From Candidatus Nitrosotenuis sp. (GTDB lineage Archaea > Thermoproteota > Nitrososphaeria > Nitrososphaerales > Nitrosopumilaceae), in the NCBI GenBank assembly GCA_052387615.1, contig JBQTIZ010000003.1:7817-71816 (forward strand): a DNA stretch of 64,000 nucleotides, written 5' to 3'. Below the pieces are notes generated by a model. That model ran no database searches, had not been told where the DNA came from, and worked only from the letters and a program-made list of their open reading frames with translations. Shown in pieces: positions 29,873 through 38,438 of this stretch (its first letter is position 1; the number at the start of each line of letters is the position of its first letter). Made by a program: the position numbers and the translations under genes.

Positions 29873-30388
29873 ATGCGAAAAAAGACCATATACAAAGGCA
29901 GGATTTTGGACCTAAGCATCTATGATCTGACAGTTAAGGGCCGAAAGATAAAGCGCGAAATAATTGAACATCGGGGAGCAGCTGCTATTTTGGCATTTGA
30001 TGAAAAAGGTAAAGTGATTTTGGTAAAGCAACATAGATTTCCGCACGGATACGTTTTGGAGATTCCCGCAGGCACGCTAGAAAAAGGAGAAAGGCCTGTA
30101 AAGTGCGCATTTCGTGAAATTCAGGAAGAAACCGGCTACAAGGCTAGAAAAATGACGCATTTTCTTACGTACTATCCGTCTGTTGGATATAACAAAGAGG
30201 CGATTCACTGTTTTGTTGCAAAAAATCTCAAAAAAGTAAGTGGGCAAGCCTTGGATGAAGACGAGATAATGTCTGTAGTCAAAGTCGATCTGAAGAAACT
30301 CATAGGCATGATAAAGGCAGGCAAAATTATTGATTCCAAGACAATTTGTGCTGTATTGACCTATGCTGTAAAAAACAGGCTCTACTAG
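29873..30388 (+). CDS. NUDIX hydrolase (ADP-ribose pyrophosphatase-like)
   Basis: Nudix box '[23 protein letters not shown]'. Confidence 0.85.
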   Translation: MRKKTIYKGRILDLSIYDLTVKGRKIKREIIEHRGAAAILAFDEKGKVILVKQHRFPHGYVLEIPAGTLEKGERPVKCAFREIQEETGYKARKMTHFLTYYPSVGYNKEAIHCFVAKNLKKVSGQALDEDEIMSVVKVDLKKLIGMIKAGKIIDSKTICAVLTYAVKNRLY

Positions 30389-31359
30389 TAGACTGGTTTT
30401 ACTAGATCTGCTACGTCTGCCCAAGACCTAGATACTCGCTCAAACATGTATATCAAATCCAGCAGATCAATTTGGAGCTGGTTTTTTTGTTCAATTGAGG
30501 AGCGAATGTCAGTGATCTTTCTCTGGAATTTTCTATGGCTAGATATTGCGTCTATTGCCAATCTTCTATTTTGGTCAATGAATGCATCAATTGATTTTTG
30601 ATGAATTGACTCGATGTCTTTAGTCAGATCATAGATTTTTTTTAGATCATTTTTTGAGAGCGTTGTATTGGATAGAGAATTGGCGATTTCAACCAAAGTA
30701 TCGCTTGCTGTCTCTAAAATGTTTGCGGCAATTCTGTAATCGAGAACATCAATGTTTTCTAGATGAAATGTACTAGCCAATCTCTTGTCACTAATTGTGC
30801 TTCGAATTAATCTGACAAGAAGAAAATATTGTCTGTCTACCTCATCATCTCTGTTCGATAAGGTTTGAAGATTTGATCTGTCATCCGAAATCAAAGATAG
30901 TGAAATGTCATTAAACATGCCAAGCGCAATAGAGCTGATTCGTTTTAGAATTTTTTGAGGGTTTAGTGTTGCTGTATCCAACAAAAACTGGACATTGACA
31001 TTTGATGAATCTTCTTCAACAATTTCCATCCCCACCAGTCTCCTCATTGAATTTCGGATTTTTTCTCGATCTTCACCTGGAATGATGGTCTTGCCTTTGA
31101 TTCGAATGATGTCATATCCTAGCAGATATGCGCCAGTAATGTTTGCAACAATGTTTTCATCCGGAGGCAATGGATACGATATGACAACTTCTTTTGATGG
31201 GCGTTCTGTTTTGTTTGTAGTAATAGAGACGGTGTTTTCGCTAGTCTCTAGTTCCACCTCATTACTCTTGTCTAGGCGATTTGCCTCAACCCATTCCTTT
31301 GGCAGAGACACTAGAATGCTGCTACCTATCTTTTGCAGGCGTCGAATGAATTTAGGCAA
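30385..31359 (-). CDS. AbrB/SpoVT-PhoU domain regulator
   Basis: N-terminal '[19 protein letters not shown]' (AbrB-like swapped hairpin), followed by two PhoU-like helical repeats. Confidence 0.7.
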   Translation of the reverse strand: MPKFIRRLQKIGSSILVSLPKEWVEANRLDKSNEVELETSENTVSITTNKTERPSKEVVISYPLPPDENIVANITGAYLLGYDIIRIKGKTIIPGEDREKIRNSMRRLVGMEIVEEDSSNVNVQFLLDTATLNPQKILKRISSIALGMFNDISLSLISDDRSNLQTLSNRDDEVDRQYFLLVRLIRSTISDKRLASTFHLENIDVLDYRIAANILETASDTLVEIANSLSNTTLSKNDLKKIYDLTKDIESIHQKSIDAFIDQNRRLAIDAISSHRKFQRKITDIRSSIEQKNQLQIDLLDLIYMFERVSRSWADVADLVKPVY

Positions 31360-31425
31360 TTTATACTCATTTAATTAATTTAAGCCATATTCTTATATTT
31401 TTATTGAAATTTAAACTCAGATCAG

Positions 31426-32322
31426 ATGAAGGGAGTCGCATTTAGCCCTGCGCACATTACTGGATTCTTCAAGGCAGAGCTAGACCAAATGGCAAGACCT
31501 GAGGTACAGGGCTCACTTGGCGCTGGATTTTCCATACAAGAAGGTGTTACTACAACAGTTGAGGTTCAGGATTCCGAGTTTTCTGATCATGCCATAAAAG
31601 TTTCTGGGTATCAGCCAGACAACACGCAAGTCTCTGAATTTGTGATTTCTGAATTTTTGAAAAACATTGATGGTGATTATTTTCTCAAAGTACATCATGA
31701 CATCAAGGTTCCAGTTGGATATGGCCTTGGATGCTCCGCGGCAGTTGCACTGTCTTTGGTTTATGCGCTAAATTCTGCATTTAGAACTAGTTACACAAAA
31801 GAGCAGCTTGGCACAATGGCGCACAATGCTGAAGTCATGTGCAGAACTGGTCTTGGCGATGTTTTGGCATCATACTATGGAGGATTTGAGATTAGAGTCA
31901 AGGGCGGGGCACCGGGAATTGGGCAGATCAAAAAGATCCCATCAGAGTCATATTCTGCCATAATGATTTGCTTTTCTCCAATTTCGACAAAGCAATTTCT
32001 CAAAGAGAGACTAGCATCAATTAACGGTCTTGGTGGGAAAATGGTAGACAAGCTGGTTCGGAGCAAAAATGTTGATCAATTCCATGACTATTCAATTGAA
32101 TTTGCAAACTATGTTGATATTATTACGCCAAAAATGAAGTCAGTAATTGATGATCTAAAAAACAATGGAATAAAATGCGGTGTTGCGTTGTTTGGCGAGA
32201 CTATATTCACTTTGATTCCACCACACATTGAAGACAAAGTAATTGCAATACTGGAAAAATATCAAGACGGAATCATCATAAAATCCAAAATTGATCAAGT
32301 CGGTGCAAGACTGCTAAGTTGA
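31426..32322 (+). CDS. Pantoate kinase (archaeal CoA pathway, GHMP family)
   Basis: GHMP motif 'PVGYGLGCSAAVALS'; about 300 aa. Immediately upstream of, and overlapping, the phosphopantothenate synthetase gene. Confidence 0.65.
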   Translation: MKGVAFSPAHITGFFKAELDQMARPEVQGSLGAGFSIQEGVTTTVEVQDSEFSDHAIKVSGYQPDNTQVSEFVISEFLKNIDGDYFLKVHHDIKVPVGYGLGCSAAVALSLVYALNSAFRTSYTKEQLGTMAHNAEVMCRTGLGDVLASYYGGFEIRVKGGAPGIGQIKKIPSESYSAIMICFSPISTKQFLKERLASINGLGGKMVDKLVRSKNVDQFHDYSIEFANYVDIITPKMKSVIDDLKNNGIKCGVALFGETIFTLIPPHIEDKVIAILEKYQDGIIIKSKIDQVGARLLS

Positions 32323-33053
32323 ATCATATTCCAAAAAGCCATCCGCGGGCAAAATCGTTATACATTAGAGAGAGACTTGTTGATGCGTTTGATGCTGGAT
32401 TAGTAGCAAAGGAAGGCCTCATGGCGCATGGACGTGGCGAGGCGTTTGACTATTTGATTGGTGAAAAAACCTCGAAATCCGCCAAAAAGGCAATTTTGGC
32501 TGCTGCATTTATGCTCAAATCAGCCAAAAATCCAGTCATATCAGTAAATGGCAACATTGCGGGACTTTGCCCAAAAGAGATTGTCCAGCTGGCAAAAGCA
32601 ACTGGTGCAAAAATCGAAGTAAACCTGTTTTACGCAACGGAGGCAAGAAAGCAAAACGTTTTCAAGGCCTTGAAGAGAAATGGAGCCGGTAAAATCTATG
32701 GCTTGGATAAGAGAAACTCGACAAAACTCTCAGGCCTCGATAGTGCAAGAAGAATCGTGGACAAAGATGGCATCCATTCTGCAGATGTTGTTGTAGTGCC
32801 GCTAGAGGACGGCGATCGTACGTTGGCGCTAAAAAAGGCAGGAAAAAAAGTAATTACATTTGATCTAAATCCAATGTCCAGAACTGCAGAAACCGCAGAC
32901 ATTACCATAGTGGATAATGTAGTGCGAGCAATTGAGCAGCTGATAAAATCATGTAAGAATCCAAGGCAAAAGAAATTTGATAACAAGAAGAATCTTTCTC
33001 TGGCAATAAATGAAATCAAAAGAAATCTCACAAAGAGGACAACTCATGCATAA
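32319..33053 (+). CDS. 4-phosphopantoate--beta-alanine ligase (phosphopantothenate synthetase, archaeal)
   Basis: 'HPRAKSLYIRERL...GLMAHGRGEAFDYLIGE' matches my recollection of the COG1701 family. TTG start overlaps the pantoate kinase stop. Confidence 0.65.
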   Translation: MNHIPKSHPRAKSLYIRERLVDAFDAGLVAKEGLMAHGRGEAFDYLIGEKTSKSAKKAILAAAFMLKSAKNPVISVNGNIAGLCPKEIVQLAKATGAKIEVNLFYATEARKQNVFKALKRNGAGKIYGLDKRNSTKLSGLDSARRIVDKDGIHSADVVVVPLEDGDRTLALKKAGKKVITFDLNPMSRTAETADITIVDNVVRAIEQLIKSCKNPRQKKFDNKKNLSLAINEIKRNLTKRTTHA

Positions 33054-33882
33054 ATCAGTCAGAGACATTCTTGATAAGAAAAGAAACGGCCAGAAAATTT
33101 CTGTCATAACTGCATATGACTATACTTTGGCATCGTTGTGTGACAAGGCTGGAATTGACATCATGCTTGTTGGGGATAGTGCTGGAATGGTCATGCTAGG
33201 ATATGAGAACACAATACCGGTTACAATGGATCAGATGGTAATGTTTACAGAAGCTGTTTCACGCGCAAGACAGAATTCTTTGCTAGTAGCTGACATGCCG
33301 TTCATGTCGTATCAGGCAAGCACGTCAGATGCCATTGCAAATTCTGGCAGATTAATCAAGGCAGGAGCTGATGCAATAAAGCTAGAAGGTGGCAAAGTTG
33401 TTGCACCAACAATACAAGCAATAGTGGAAACAGGCATTCCTGTGATGGGCCACATTGGATTTCAGCCTCAAACCACTACACTTGCTCAGGGGTATAGAGT
33501 CCAGGCAAAGACAGGGGATGCTGCCATAACACTAATTGAAGATGCTAAAGCGCTGGAAAAGGCTGGCGCTTTTTCAATAGCGCTTGAAATGGTAACAACT
33601 GAAGTATCGAAAATAATTTCTGAATCGATATCGATTCCAACAATAGGGATTGGCTCTGGCAAGTCTTGTGACGGCCAAGTCCTAGTGGTTCATGATGTTT
33701 TGGGAATGTACGACAAACTCAAGCCAAAATTTGTCAAGCAGTATCTGTCATTGTCTGATCAAATAACAAAGGCGATTTCAAATTACAAGTCAGATGTGGA
33801 ATCTGGCAAGTTTCCCGCCAAAGAAAACTGGTTTACCATGGACAAAACAGAGCTGGACAAGCTCATGAGAGAAGTTGGCTAA
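33046..33882 (+). CDS. panB: 3-methyl-2-oxobutanoate (ketopantoate) hydroxymethyltransferase
   Basis: 'KISVITAYDY', 'MLVGDSAGMV' and 'IKLEGG' motifs. Start taken at 'MHKSVRDIL'. Confidence 0.9.
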   Translation: MHKSVRDILDKKRNGQKISVITAYDYTLASLCDKAGIDIMLVGDSAGMVMLGYENTIPVTMDQMVMFTEAVSRARQNSLLVADMPFMSYQASTSDAIANSGRLIKAGADAIKLEGGKVVAPTIQAIVETGIPVMGHIGFQPQTTTLAQGYRVQAKTGDAAITLIEDAKALEKAGAFSIALEMVTTEVSKIISESISIPTIGIGSGKSCDGQVLVVHDVLGMYDKLKPKFVKQYLSLSDQITKAISNYKSDVESGKFPAKENWFTMDKTELDKLMREVG

Positions 33883-35110
33883 ATCAAAACACCCTTCTTT
33901 AGACATTGTAGAGTCGCATGGAGCTGAGCTGTCAGGCAAGAAAATAGTTCTTTGTGTTGCAGGAAGCGTTGCTGCATACAAGGCAATTGAGCTTGCAAGA
34001 TTACTGATGAGGCATGGTGCGGATGTTACTTGTGTCGCAAGCGAATCTGTGACAAAATTAATTCAGCCAGACTATTTCAAGTGGGCAACAGGAAACCAAG
34101 TCATTACAAAACTTACAGGAAAGCTGGAGCACATTTCCTTGGCAGACTACAAGACTTCTGATCTGATAATTGTCTATCCAGGTACGGCAAACACACTAGG
34201 CAAGCTAGCAAATGGAATTGATGACACTCCAATTTCCACTGTGCTAACTGTTGGATTCGGTGCAAAGATCCCCATATTGATGGCACTTGCAATGCATCAG
34301 GCAATGTATGAGAATGCAGCGGTGTTACGAAATATCGAGTTTTTGCAAGGCAAAGTAGAGTTCATTGAGCCCAACATGGTTGAGGGAAAGGCAAAGGCTG
34401 CCGAGCCTGAAGACGTGTTGGATTACGTATTGAAAAAATTTGGTCGTTCTGATGTTTTGTCAGGAAAAAGGATCTTGATTACTGCAGGACCAACTGTGGA
34501 GCCAATAGATGCTGTCAGAGTGATAACAAACCAAAGCTCTGGAAAAACTGGAGTCTTGCTTGCAAAAGAAATGATCTCAGCTGGCGCCAAAGTTACCTTG
34601 GTGTATGGCCCAGGAACAGAAGAACCGCCAAAGGGCGCCAAAATTATTCCAGTCAAAACAGTTCACCAAATGTTTGATGAAGTAAAAAAAGAAATAAAGG
34701 CAAAAAAATTCGATATTGCGATTCTATCTGCAGCACCAGCTGATTACACTACCACACCAAGCAAGACAAAGATAAAAAGCGACAAGCCGAGCTTGACGAT
34801 CAAACTACAAAAGGCTCCGAAAATAATTGATCACATAAAAAAAATCCAAAAAGACATTTTCCTAGTTGGGTTCAAGGCTGAAACCAACGTGTCAAGGCAA
34901 AAACTAGTCGAGTCTGCAAGAAAAAAGATGCAAGAGTCAAGATCGGATATCATAATTGCAAACGACATTGGAGAACAATATCAGAAAAATCGCGAGCTAA
35001 ACCAAGTCTTGATTGTGGATAAATCAGACAGAATTGCAGATTCTGGAAGGAAAAAGAAGGATGAGATCTCAAAATTCATCAGAAAACAGATTGAGAAAAG
35101 ACTTGGCTAG
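33875..35110 (+). CDS. coaBC: Bifunctional phosphopantothenoylcysteine decarboxylase/synthetase
   Basis: N-terminal flavoprotein 'VAGSVAAYK' and CoaB 'ITAGPTVEPIDAVRVITNQSSGKTG'. Confidence 0.9.
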   Translation: MAKSKHPSLDIVESHGAELSGKKIVLCVAGSVAAYKAIELARLLMRHGADVTCVASESVTKLIQPDYFKWATGNQVITKLTGKLEHISLADYKTSDLIIVYPGTANTLGKLANGIDDTPISTVLTVGFGAKIPILMALAMHQAMYENAAVLRNIEFLQGKVEFIEPNMVEGKAKAAEPEDVLDYVLKKFGRSDVLSGKRILITAGPTVEPIDAVRVITNQSSGKTGVLLAKEMISAGAKVTLVYGPGTEEPPKGAKIIPVKTVHQMFDEVKKEIKAKKFDIAILSAAPADYTTTPSKTKIKSDKPSLTIKLQKAPKIIDHIKKIQKDIFLVGFKAETNVSRQKLVESARKKMQESRSDIIIANDIGEQYQKNRELNQVLIVDKSDRIADSGRKKKDEISKFIRKQIEKRLG

Positions 35111-35124
35111 GATTTTTTTCTATT

Positions 35125-36702
35125 TTACTGCTCATTGCAAATTGTCTGGGTTTGCTCTCGTAGGAATTGAGTTAGATAGTATGCGCCACCAGCTCCTTTG
35201 CCTGAAATGCCAGAATTTTTCCATCCAACAAAGGGTTGGGCCTGAACCATTGCACCAGTAGTAGCAGATTGAGCACGATTTGCATATGTTACGCCTGCCT
35301 CTATTTTTGAGAAAAACTCGTCAATTTCGTTTTTGTTCTGGCTGAATATTCCTGCAGTAAGGCCATATTCTGAATCGTTTGCCTGCTTTATTGCGTCATC
35401 AAATTTTTCAAATTCCTGTACGCACAAAAACGGCAAGAACAATTCCTCTTTTACCAATTTATGATTCATTGGCAAATTGCCAACTATTGTGGGCCTGACA
35501 TAGTAACCGTTTTGGTATAATCCATCTTTTAGAATCTCGCCGCCAAAAATTATCTTGCCATCCCTTTTTGCAAGCTCCACTGCTTTTTCGAATTTTTTCT
35601 TGGCGGAATCATTTATGATTGGGCCCAAGTATGTGTCTTTTTCCCAGGGTAAACCAATTTTGAGATTCTGTGTTTTTGAGACTAATTTTTCCATGAATTT
35701 TGACGCAATCTGTTTTTGTACATAAACTCTAGAGCATGCACTGCATTTTTGCCCGCCATATCCGAATGCTGCACGCAAAACACCATCTGTTGCCTTGTCC
35801 AGATCTGCGGATTCTGTTACGACTACGGGATTTTTGCCGCCCATCTCTGAGATGAATGGTTTTGGAGAGTTTTTGGTAAATGTTCTAAATCCTGCTAGCC
35901 CAACTTCTTTGGAACCAGTAAATGCAATTCCCGATACATGCGGGTTTTCAACTATTGCTTGCCCGACAACACTTCCCTGACCGGTTAGAAAATTGATTGC
36001 GCCATCTGGTACCTTTTTGTAAATAGCGTCAATAAATCGAAATGCGGAAAGCGGTGTGTCGCTTGCTGGCTTTAGAACTACAGTGTTTGCAGTGATTAGA
36101 GCACCGCTACTCATTCCAATTGCAATAGCAGAGGGGAAATTGAATGGTGATATTATTCCCCAAACTCCATATGGTTTTAGGACCGACTGGGTTTTTTCGT
36201 TTTGATTTGCATTTTTTGTTGGCCTGACAAATCCTTGGTTTGATTCAAGCTGGTCTGCGTAAAATCGTAGAAAATCAATTGTTTCATCGATTTCGCCCAT
36301 TGCCTCAAGCCTGGTTTTGCCATTTTCTAGACTTAGAGTAGCTGCTAGTGAGAATTTTTCTGCAGAGAATTGGTTTGCTATATCACGAAATATTTTGGCT
36401 CTATTCTGGTATGGACTGGTGCTCCATTCTGAAAATGCATTTTTGGCCGATTCAATTGCTTGATTGGTTTGCTCCTTTGATGCAAATGGGAACTTTGCTA
36501 GTATGATTCTAGTATCTGATGGTGATCTTACTTCAAATAATTTCTCCGAATGAACTTGTTTTCCATCTATGATTAATGGATAAGTTTTGCCAAATTCTGA
36601 TTTTAGCGAGTCTAGGGCAGAGTCAAATTTTTTGTGAAACTCATCAGTTGTGTTGTTTTTCACTGCATTTATCCAAGTGTTCTCGTTTTCAATCAAAGGC
36701 AA
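35125..36702 (-). CDS. Aldehyde dehydrogenase, 1-pyrroline-5-carboxylate dehydrogenase-like
   Basis: 'FTGSKEVG', catalytic Glu 'EMGGKNP' and catalytic Cys 'GQKCSACSR'. The 525-aa RocA-like N-terminal extension is present. Confidence 0.85.
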   Translation of the reverse strand: MPLIENENTWINAVKNNTTDEFHKKFDSALDSLKSEFGKTYPLIIDGKQVHSEKLFEVRSPSDTRIILAKFPFASKEQTNQAIESAKNAFSEWSTSPYQNRAKIFRDIANQFSAEKFSLAATLSLENGKTRLEAMGEIDETIDFLRFYADQLESNQGFVRPTKNANQNEKTQSVLKPYGVWGIISPFNFPSAIAIGMSSGALITANTVVLKPASDTPLSAFRFIDAIYKKVPDGAINFLTGQGSVVGQAIVENPHVSGIAFTGSKEVGLAGFRTFTKNSPKPFISEMGGKNPVVVTESADLDKATDGVLRAAFGYGGQKCSACSRVYVQKQIASKFMEKLVSKTQNLKIGLPWEKDTYLGPIINDSAKKKFEKAVELAKRDGKIIFGGEILKDGLYQNGYYVRPTIVGNLPMNHKLVKEELFLPFLCVQEFEKFDDAIKQANDSEYGLTAGIFSQNKNEIDEFFSKIEAGVTYANRAQSATTGAMVQAQPFVGWKNSGISGKGAGGAYYLTQFLREQTQTICNEQ

Positions 36703-36740
36703 ATGATATACTGGATCAGTGAATAAAATGATTTAGTCGT

Positions 36741-37284
36741 GTTTCAATCCTTGTTATGTTGGATTAGTCTTTCAGTGGGTGTTAATGCCTTCGCTTTTCT
36801 GATTGTGGCTAACATGTTTCAATCCTTGTTATGTTGGATTAGTCTTTCAGTGGTTGCAATGTTGCTCCTCCCGTTTGAGTCACGGTGTTTCAATCCTTGT
36901 TATGTTGGATTAGTCTTTCAGTGAGTAGGAAATTCATGTTTACATTCTGGACATTTAGGTTTCAATCCTTGTTATGTTGGATTAGTCTTTCAGTGCTCTG
37001 CATGTGTGAATTTCATTACTTTGCTGACGTGTTTCAATCCTTGTTATGTTGGATTAGTATTTCAGTGTTATCAGGCATCAACACCATTCCTTAATTCTCT
37101 TGTTTCAATCCTTGTTATGTTGGATTAGTCTTTCAGTGTGAACCAAAAAACACAAACACAAATGGGTGACGGCCTGTTTCAATCCTTGTTATGTTGGATT
37201 AGTCTTTCAGTGCTTGCTCTGTTCTTCGTTGATTCCTTTTTGCAGATGTTTCAATCCTTGTTATGTTGGATTAGTCTTTCAGTG
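36741..37284 (-). CRISPR. CRISPR array, 8 repeats x 37 nt, 7 spacers (38, 34, 35, 35, 34, 37, 35 nt)
   Basis: Plus-strand repeat is GTTTCAATCCTTGTTATGTTGGATTAGTCTTTCAGTG. Copies lie at 36741-36777, 36816-36852, 36887-36923, 36959-36995, 37031-37067 (C>A at 37059), 37102-37138, 37176-37212 and 37248-37284. All spacers are unique. Minus-strand sense is inferred because that strand ends in ...GGATTGAAAC, and because only the 37285 side has room for a leader. Confidence 0.9.
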
Positions 37285-37455
37285 TTTTAATGAGGCGTTG
37301 TCCTGAACATAATTCTAAAGTATTTGGAAAAATCTAACAAGATTCTAGTAGACGACGATGGTTCCATAGTTTGGATTTATGCTAGTCCAAAGGCAAAGAA
37401 GAGTTGGGAAAGAGCAACTAGATTATAGTTTGAGTCTCCAAGATAATTCAGAATC
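37285..37455 (-). promoter_or_regulatory. Putative CRISPR leader (171 bp non-coding)
   Basis: Only 38 bp separate the other end of the array from the ALDH start codon, so this side is the plausible leader. No promoter element was identified with confidence. Confidence 0.3.
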
Positions 37456-38235
37456 ATGATAAAATCTCCTTTGCGTTATCCAGGCGGAAAATCACGCGCA
37501 GTCAAGATCATATCAAAATACATTCCAAAAAATACGACTGAGATCTGCTCGCCATTTTTTGGTGGAGGATCTTTTGAATTAGCTTGTGCGCAGAACGGTA
37601 TTCGGGTGTACGGTTACGACAGTTTTGCCCCACTGGTTGATTTTTGGCAGATTTTACTGTCCAGTCCCAACAAGCTTGCAAACAGTGTGGAAAAATACCA
37701 TCCACTAAAAAAAGAAAAATTCTATAAGTTGCAAAAAATTCAGCTAGAATCAAAAAGTAAGCTAGAACGTGTTACGGTATTTTTTGTTCTGAACAGAACT
37801 TCGTTTTCTGGTTCCACATTATCTGGCGGAATGGCAACAGGCGGACCGCACAACAATCCAAGATTTACAAAATCATCAATTGAGAGACTACGAGAATTCA
37901 AAATCAAAAACTTGTCAGTCAAGCTGGATGATTTCAAAAAATCAATTCCCAGGCACAAAAACACGTTATTGTATTTGGATCCACCATATCTGATTCAAAG
38001 CAAATTGTATGGCAAAAAGGGTGACTTGCACAAAAACTTTGATCATATTGGTTTGGCAAAAATTCTCAAAAAACGCAATTCGTGGATTTTATCATATAAT
38101 AATTCTAAAGAAATTCACGAGTTATACTCGGATTACACAGTTTTGTATCCAAACTGGAAATATGGCATGTCAAATGACAAATCATCAAGAGAAGTCTTGA
38201 TTCTAAGTCATGACATCGCTAAAAAATCAAATTAA
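37456..38235 (+). CDS. dam: DNA adenine methyltransferase, D12 class (Dam family)
   Basis: N-terminal 'LRYPGGKSR', SAM motif 'SPFFGGGSFEL' and catalytic 'YLDPPY'; 259 aa. Confidence 0.9.
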   Translation: MIKSPLRYPGGKSRAVKIISKYIPKNTTEICSPFFGGGSFELACAQNGIRVYGYDSFAPLVDFWQILLSSPNKLANSVEKYHPLKKEKFYKLQKIQLESKSKLERVTVFFVLNRTSFSGSTLSGGMATGGPHNNPRFTKSSIERLREFKIKNLSVKLDDFKKSIPRHKNTLLYLDPPYLIQSKLYGKKGDLHKNFDHIGLAKILKKRNSWILSYNNSKEIHELYSDYTVLYPNWKYGMSNDKSSREVLILSHDIAKKSN

Positions 38236-38360
38236 AGAAGCTCTGCTTCTGGTGCACAGTGTTTGTGAACCCAGCTTCCTGATTCGTTTTTTGCAATTTC
38301 CTTGCCTGGTGCTATTTTATCCCCACATGAAACACATGAGGTAGCAAATTTTGCTTTCAT
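38232..38360 (-). CDS. 42-aa Zn-ribbon-like ORF
   Basis: Hand translation gives 'MKAKFATSCVSCGDKIAPGKEIAKNESGSWVHKHCAPEAELL' (CxxC ... HxHC). Its 3' end overlaps the dam stop by 4 nt. It is in the same frame as the tnpB remnant, 27 codons beyond its TAG. Confidence 0.3.
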   Translation of the reverse strand: MKAKFATSCVSCGDKIAPGKEIAKNESGSWVHKHCAPEAELL

Positions 38361-38438
38361 GATTTTTATATAATGCCAAGTATTATCAACAATTTCATTG
38401 ATGAAACACTGAGCTAAGGTTAGCTGAAAACAACGATC

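Noticed and set aside
36739-37094. Two plus-strand ORFs (36739-36924 and 36885-37094) encoding the repeated peptide 'FQSLLCWISLSV'.
   Set aside because: They are artefacts of translating the CRISPR repeats. The periodic peptide comes from the 37-nt repeat and both ORFs begin at GTG inside repeat-flanking sequence.
37379-37459. A 26-aa upstream ORF 'MLVQRQRRVGKEQLDYSLSLQDNSES' overlapping the dam ATG in an ATGA arrangement.
   Set aside because: It is too short, has no recognisable features, and lies in the putative CRISPR leader. It is probably fortuitous.
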